A stretch of DNA of 64,000 nucleotides, taken from positions 88,391,691-88,455,690 of the forward strand of contig NC_090387.1 of assembly GCF_036365525.1 (NCBI RefSeq), in the 5' to 3' direction. The notes beneath the pieces are model-generated. The model did not search any database and was not told the origin of the DNA. It was given only the letters and a program-made list of their open reading frames with translations. Positions 61,792 to 64,000 of this stretch are shown here, piece by piece (within the stretch, counting starts at the first letter, position 1; every line of letters begins with the position of its first letter). Both the position numbers and the translations under genes were made by a program. This DNA comes from Heterodontus francisci. Taxonomy: Eukaryota.

Positions 61792-64000
61792 TTCTTCTTC
61801 TTCTTCTTTGGCCTCCTTGTCTTGAGAGACAATGGGTAAGCACCTGGAGATGGTCAGTGGTTTGCGAAGCAGCGCCTGGAGTGGTTATAAAGGCCAATTT
61901 TAGAGTGACAGGCTCTTCCACAGGTGCTGCAGATAAAATTGGTTGTGTGGGCTGTTACACAGATGGCTCTCCCCTTGCACTTTTGTCTTTTTTCCTGCCA
62001 ATTGCTAAGTCTCTTCAATCTGCCACACTTTAGCTCCTCCTTTAAGGCTGTCCATCAGCTCTGGCGATCACTGGCAACTGAATCCCACGACTTGTGATCA
62101 ATGTCACAGGGCTTCATGTCGCGTTTGCAGACGTCTTTAAAGCGGAGACATGAACGGCCGTGGGTCTGATACCAGTGGCGAGCTCGCTGTACAATGTGTC
62201 CTTGGGGATCCTGCCACCTTGAGGACTTTTGTGTTTGAGATATGGTCCTGCCACATGATGCCAAGGATTCCGTGGAGGCAGCGAAGATGGAATTAATTGA
62301 GACGTCGCTCTTGGCTGACATATGTTGTCCAGGCCTCGCTGCCGTAGAGCAAGGTACTGAGGACACAGGCTTGATACACTTGGACTTTTCTGTTCCGTGT
62401 CAGTGCGCCATTTTCCCACACTCTCTTGGCGAGTCTGGACATAGCTGTGGAAGCCTTTTCCATGTGCTTGTTGATTTCTGCATCGAGAGACAGGTTACTG
62501 ATGATAGTTGAGCCCAGGTAGGAGAACTCTTGAACCACTTCCAGAGCATGGTCGCCGATATTGATGGATGGAGCATTTCTGACGTCCTGTCCCATGATTT
62601 TCGTTTTCTTGAGGCTGATGGTTAGGCCAAATTCGTTGTAGGCAGCTGCAATCCTGTTGATGAGTCTCTGCAGACACTCTTCAGTGTGAGATGTTAATGC
62701 AGCATCGTCAGCAAAGAGGAGTTCCCTGATGAGGACTTTCCATACTTTGGTCTTCGATCTTAGACGGGCAAGGTTGAACAACCTACCACCTGATCTTATG
62801 TGGAGGAAAATTTCTTCTTCTGAAGACTTGAACGCTTGTGAGACCAGCAGAGAGAAGAAGATCCCAAACAGTGTAGGTGCGAGAACACAGCCCTGTTTCA
62901 CGCCACTCAGGATAGGAAAGGGGTCTGATGAGGTGCCGCTATGCTGAATTGTGCCTTTCATATTTTCATGGAATGAGGTGATGATATTTAATAGCTTTGA
63001 TGGAAATCCGATCTTTTCTTGTAGTCTGAAGAGACCACGTCTGCTGACGAGGTCAAAGGCTTTGGTGAGATCAATGAAAACAACGTAGAGGGGCTTCTGT
63101 TATTTGCAGCATTTCTCCTGTAGCTGGTGAAGGGAGAACAGCATGTCAATGGTGGATCTCTCTGCTCGAAAGCCTCACTGTGCCTCAGGGTAGACATGCT
63201 CAGCCAGCTTCTGAACCCTGTTTAAAGAGACTCGAGCGAAGACTTTCCCCACTATGCTGAGCAGGGAGATTCCACGGTAGTGGTTGCAGTCAGCCTTGTT
63301 CTTCTGCAACTTCTCCTCGCACCCCTTCCCCTACACCCCCTCTCCTACCCTCTGCAGCCCCCTTCCCTGCTCCCACTCGCACCTCCTCCCCCCTGCACCC
63401 CCTTTCCCTACTGCACCCCCTTCCCTCAGCTCCTCCCACCGGCATCCACCTATCCCCGAGCAGGGGCCCTAACAACCCCACTGCCTAGTGGGCGTCTCGG
63501 GAGAGACCAAGGCTAATGGCGTAAACCATAGCAGAAAATACGGAGCAGAACCCCGAATGCGGTCATGTGTCATCTTTGGCATGTTTCTGGCAGTTCCTGC
63601 AGCCATACCCGTGCGAAACGTCGTGCTCTGCACTCATTTGGACCCCACCAGGAAGGCCGAGAGGGGGCTTTGGACGCTTGGACAACTCACAACCTCCATA
63701 CATCCGACAAGGCATTTGCCATGGAGAGGTCACTCCATAGCTGCCTCACAGCGACCAAAACAACATGGAAGGCAGCAGTTATGGGTTATAAGTCCAGCTC
63801 AATTGGTGTAGAGATTGGGCGCCACAGGTTGCCTTTGGCAGTGGGAGAGGTCATCGCATCTCACTGGACAGCTACTGCCCGCCTCAAACCGGGCAGCCCC
63901 CGGTGAGTAGGTTCTGTCCCACCACAGTCCACCTGCTTCAATGGGTGTTTGGAGTCAGGGTCATTTCCCGAAAAGTGGACTGCAGCACCACACCAAAGAG
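61792..64000. mobile_element. RTE: minus-strand 3' part (61792-63292) joined to plus-strand 5' UTR (63293-64000, runs off window)
   Basis: (ttc)n tail at 61792; ORF 62293-62961 matches RTE RT; 63310-64000 matches 57700-58435. Confidence 0.88.

Overview
Repeat-dense vertebrate genomic DNA, almost certainly from a cartilaginous fish (inferred from V-SINE/HE1-like and Deu-domain SINEs, abundant CR1, RTE, L2 and Penelope-like elements). One host gene can be rebuilt by hand on the minus strand: a non-rearranging Ig-superfamily inhibitory receptor, leader (35342-35396), VJ-type V exon (34822-35142), C1 exon (29421-29702), TM exon (21627-21740) and two tyrosine-motif exons (16360-16470, 16070-16219), with a SIRP-alpha-like four-tyrosine tail. 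One small linker exon is unresolved. A degenerate paralogous C1 exon lies at 626-907. The most unusual non-genic signal is a CR1-group LINE present as two near-full copies (31633-34560 +, 44544-47745 -) whose 5' end is a tRNA-like head plus Deu domain, with no visible ORF1 and almost no sense-strand TTTT. Related Deu SINEs look like head-plus-tail derivatives of it. Also present: minimal hammerhead ribozymes in Penelope-like termini (including a 45-bp tandem trimer), 5'-inverted RTE insertions, and a full-length RTE with a single stop codon. All calls are by eye; boundaries of old repeats are approximate.
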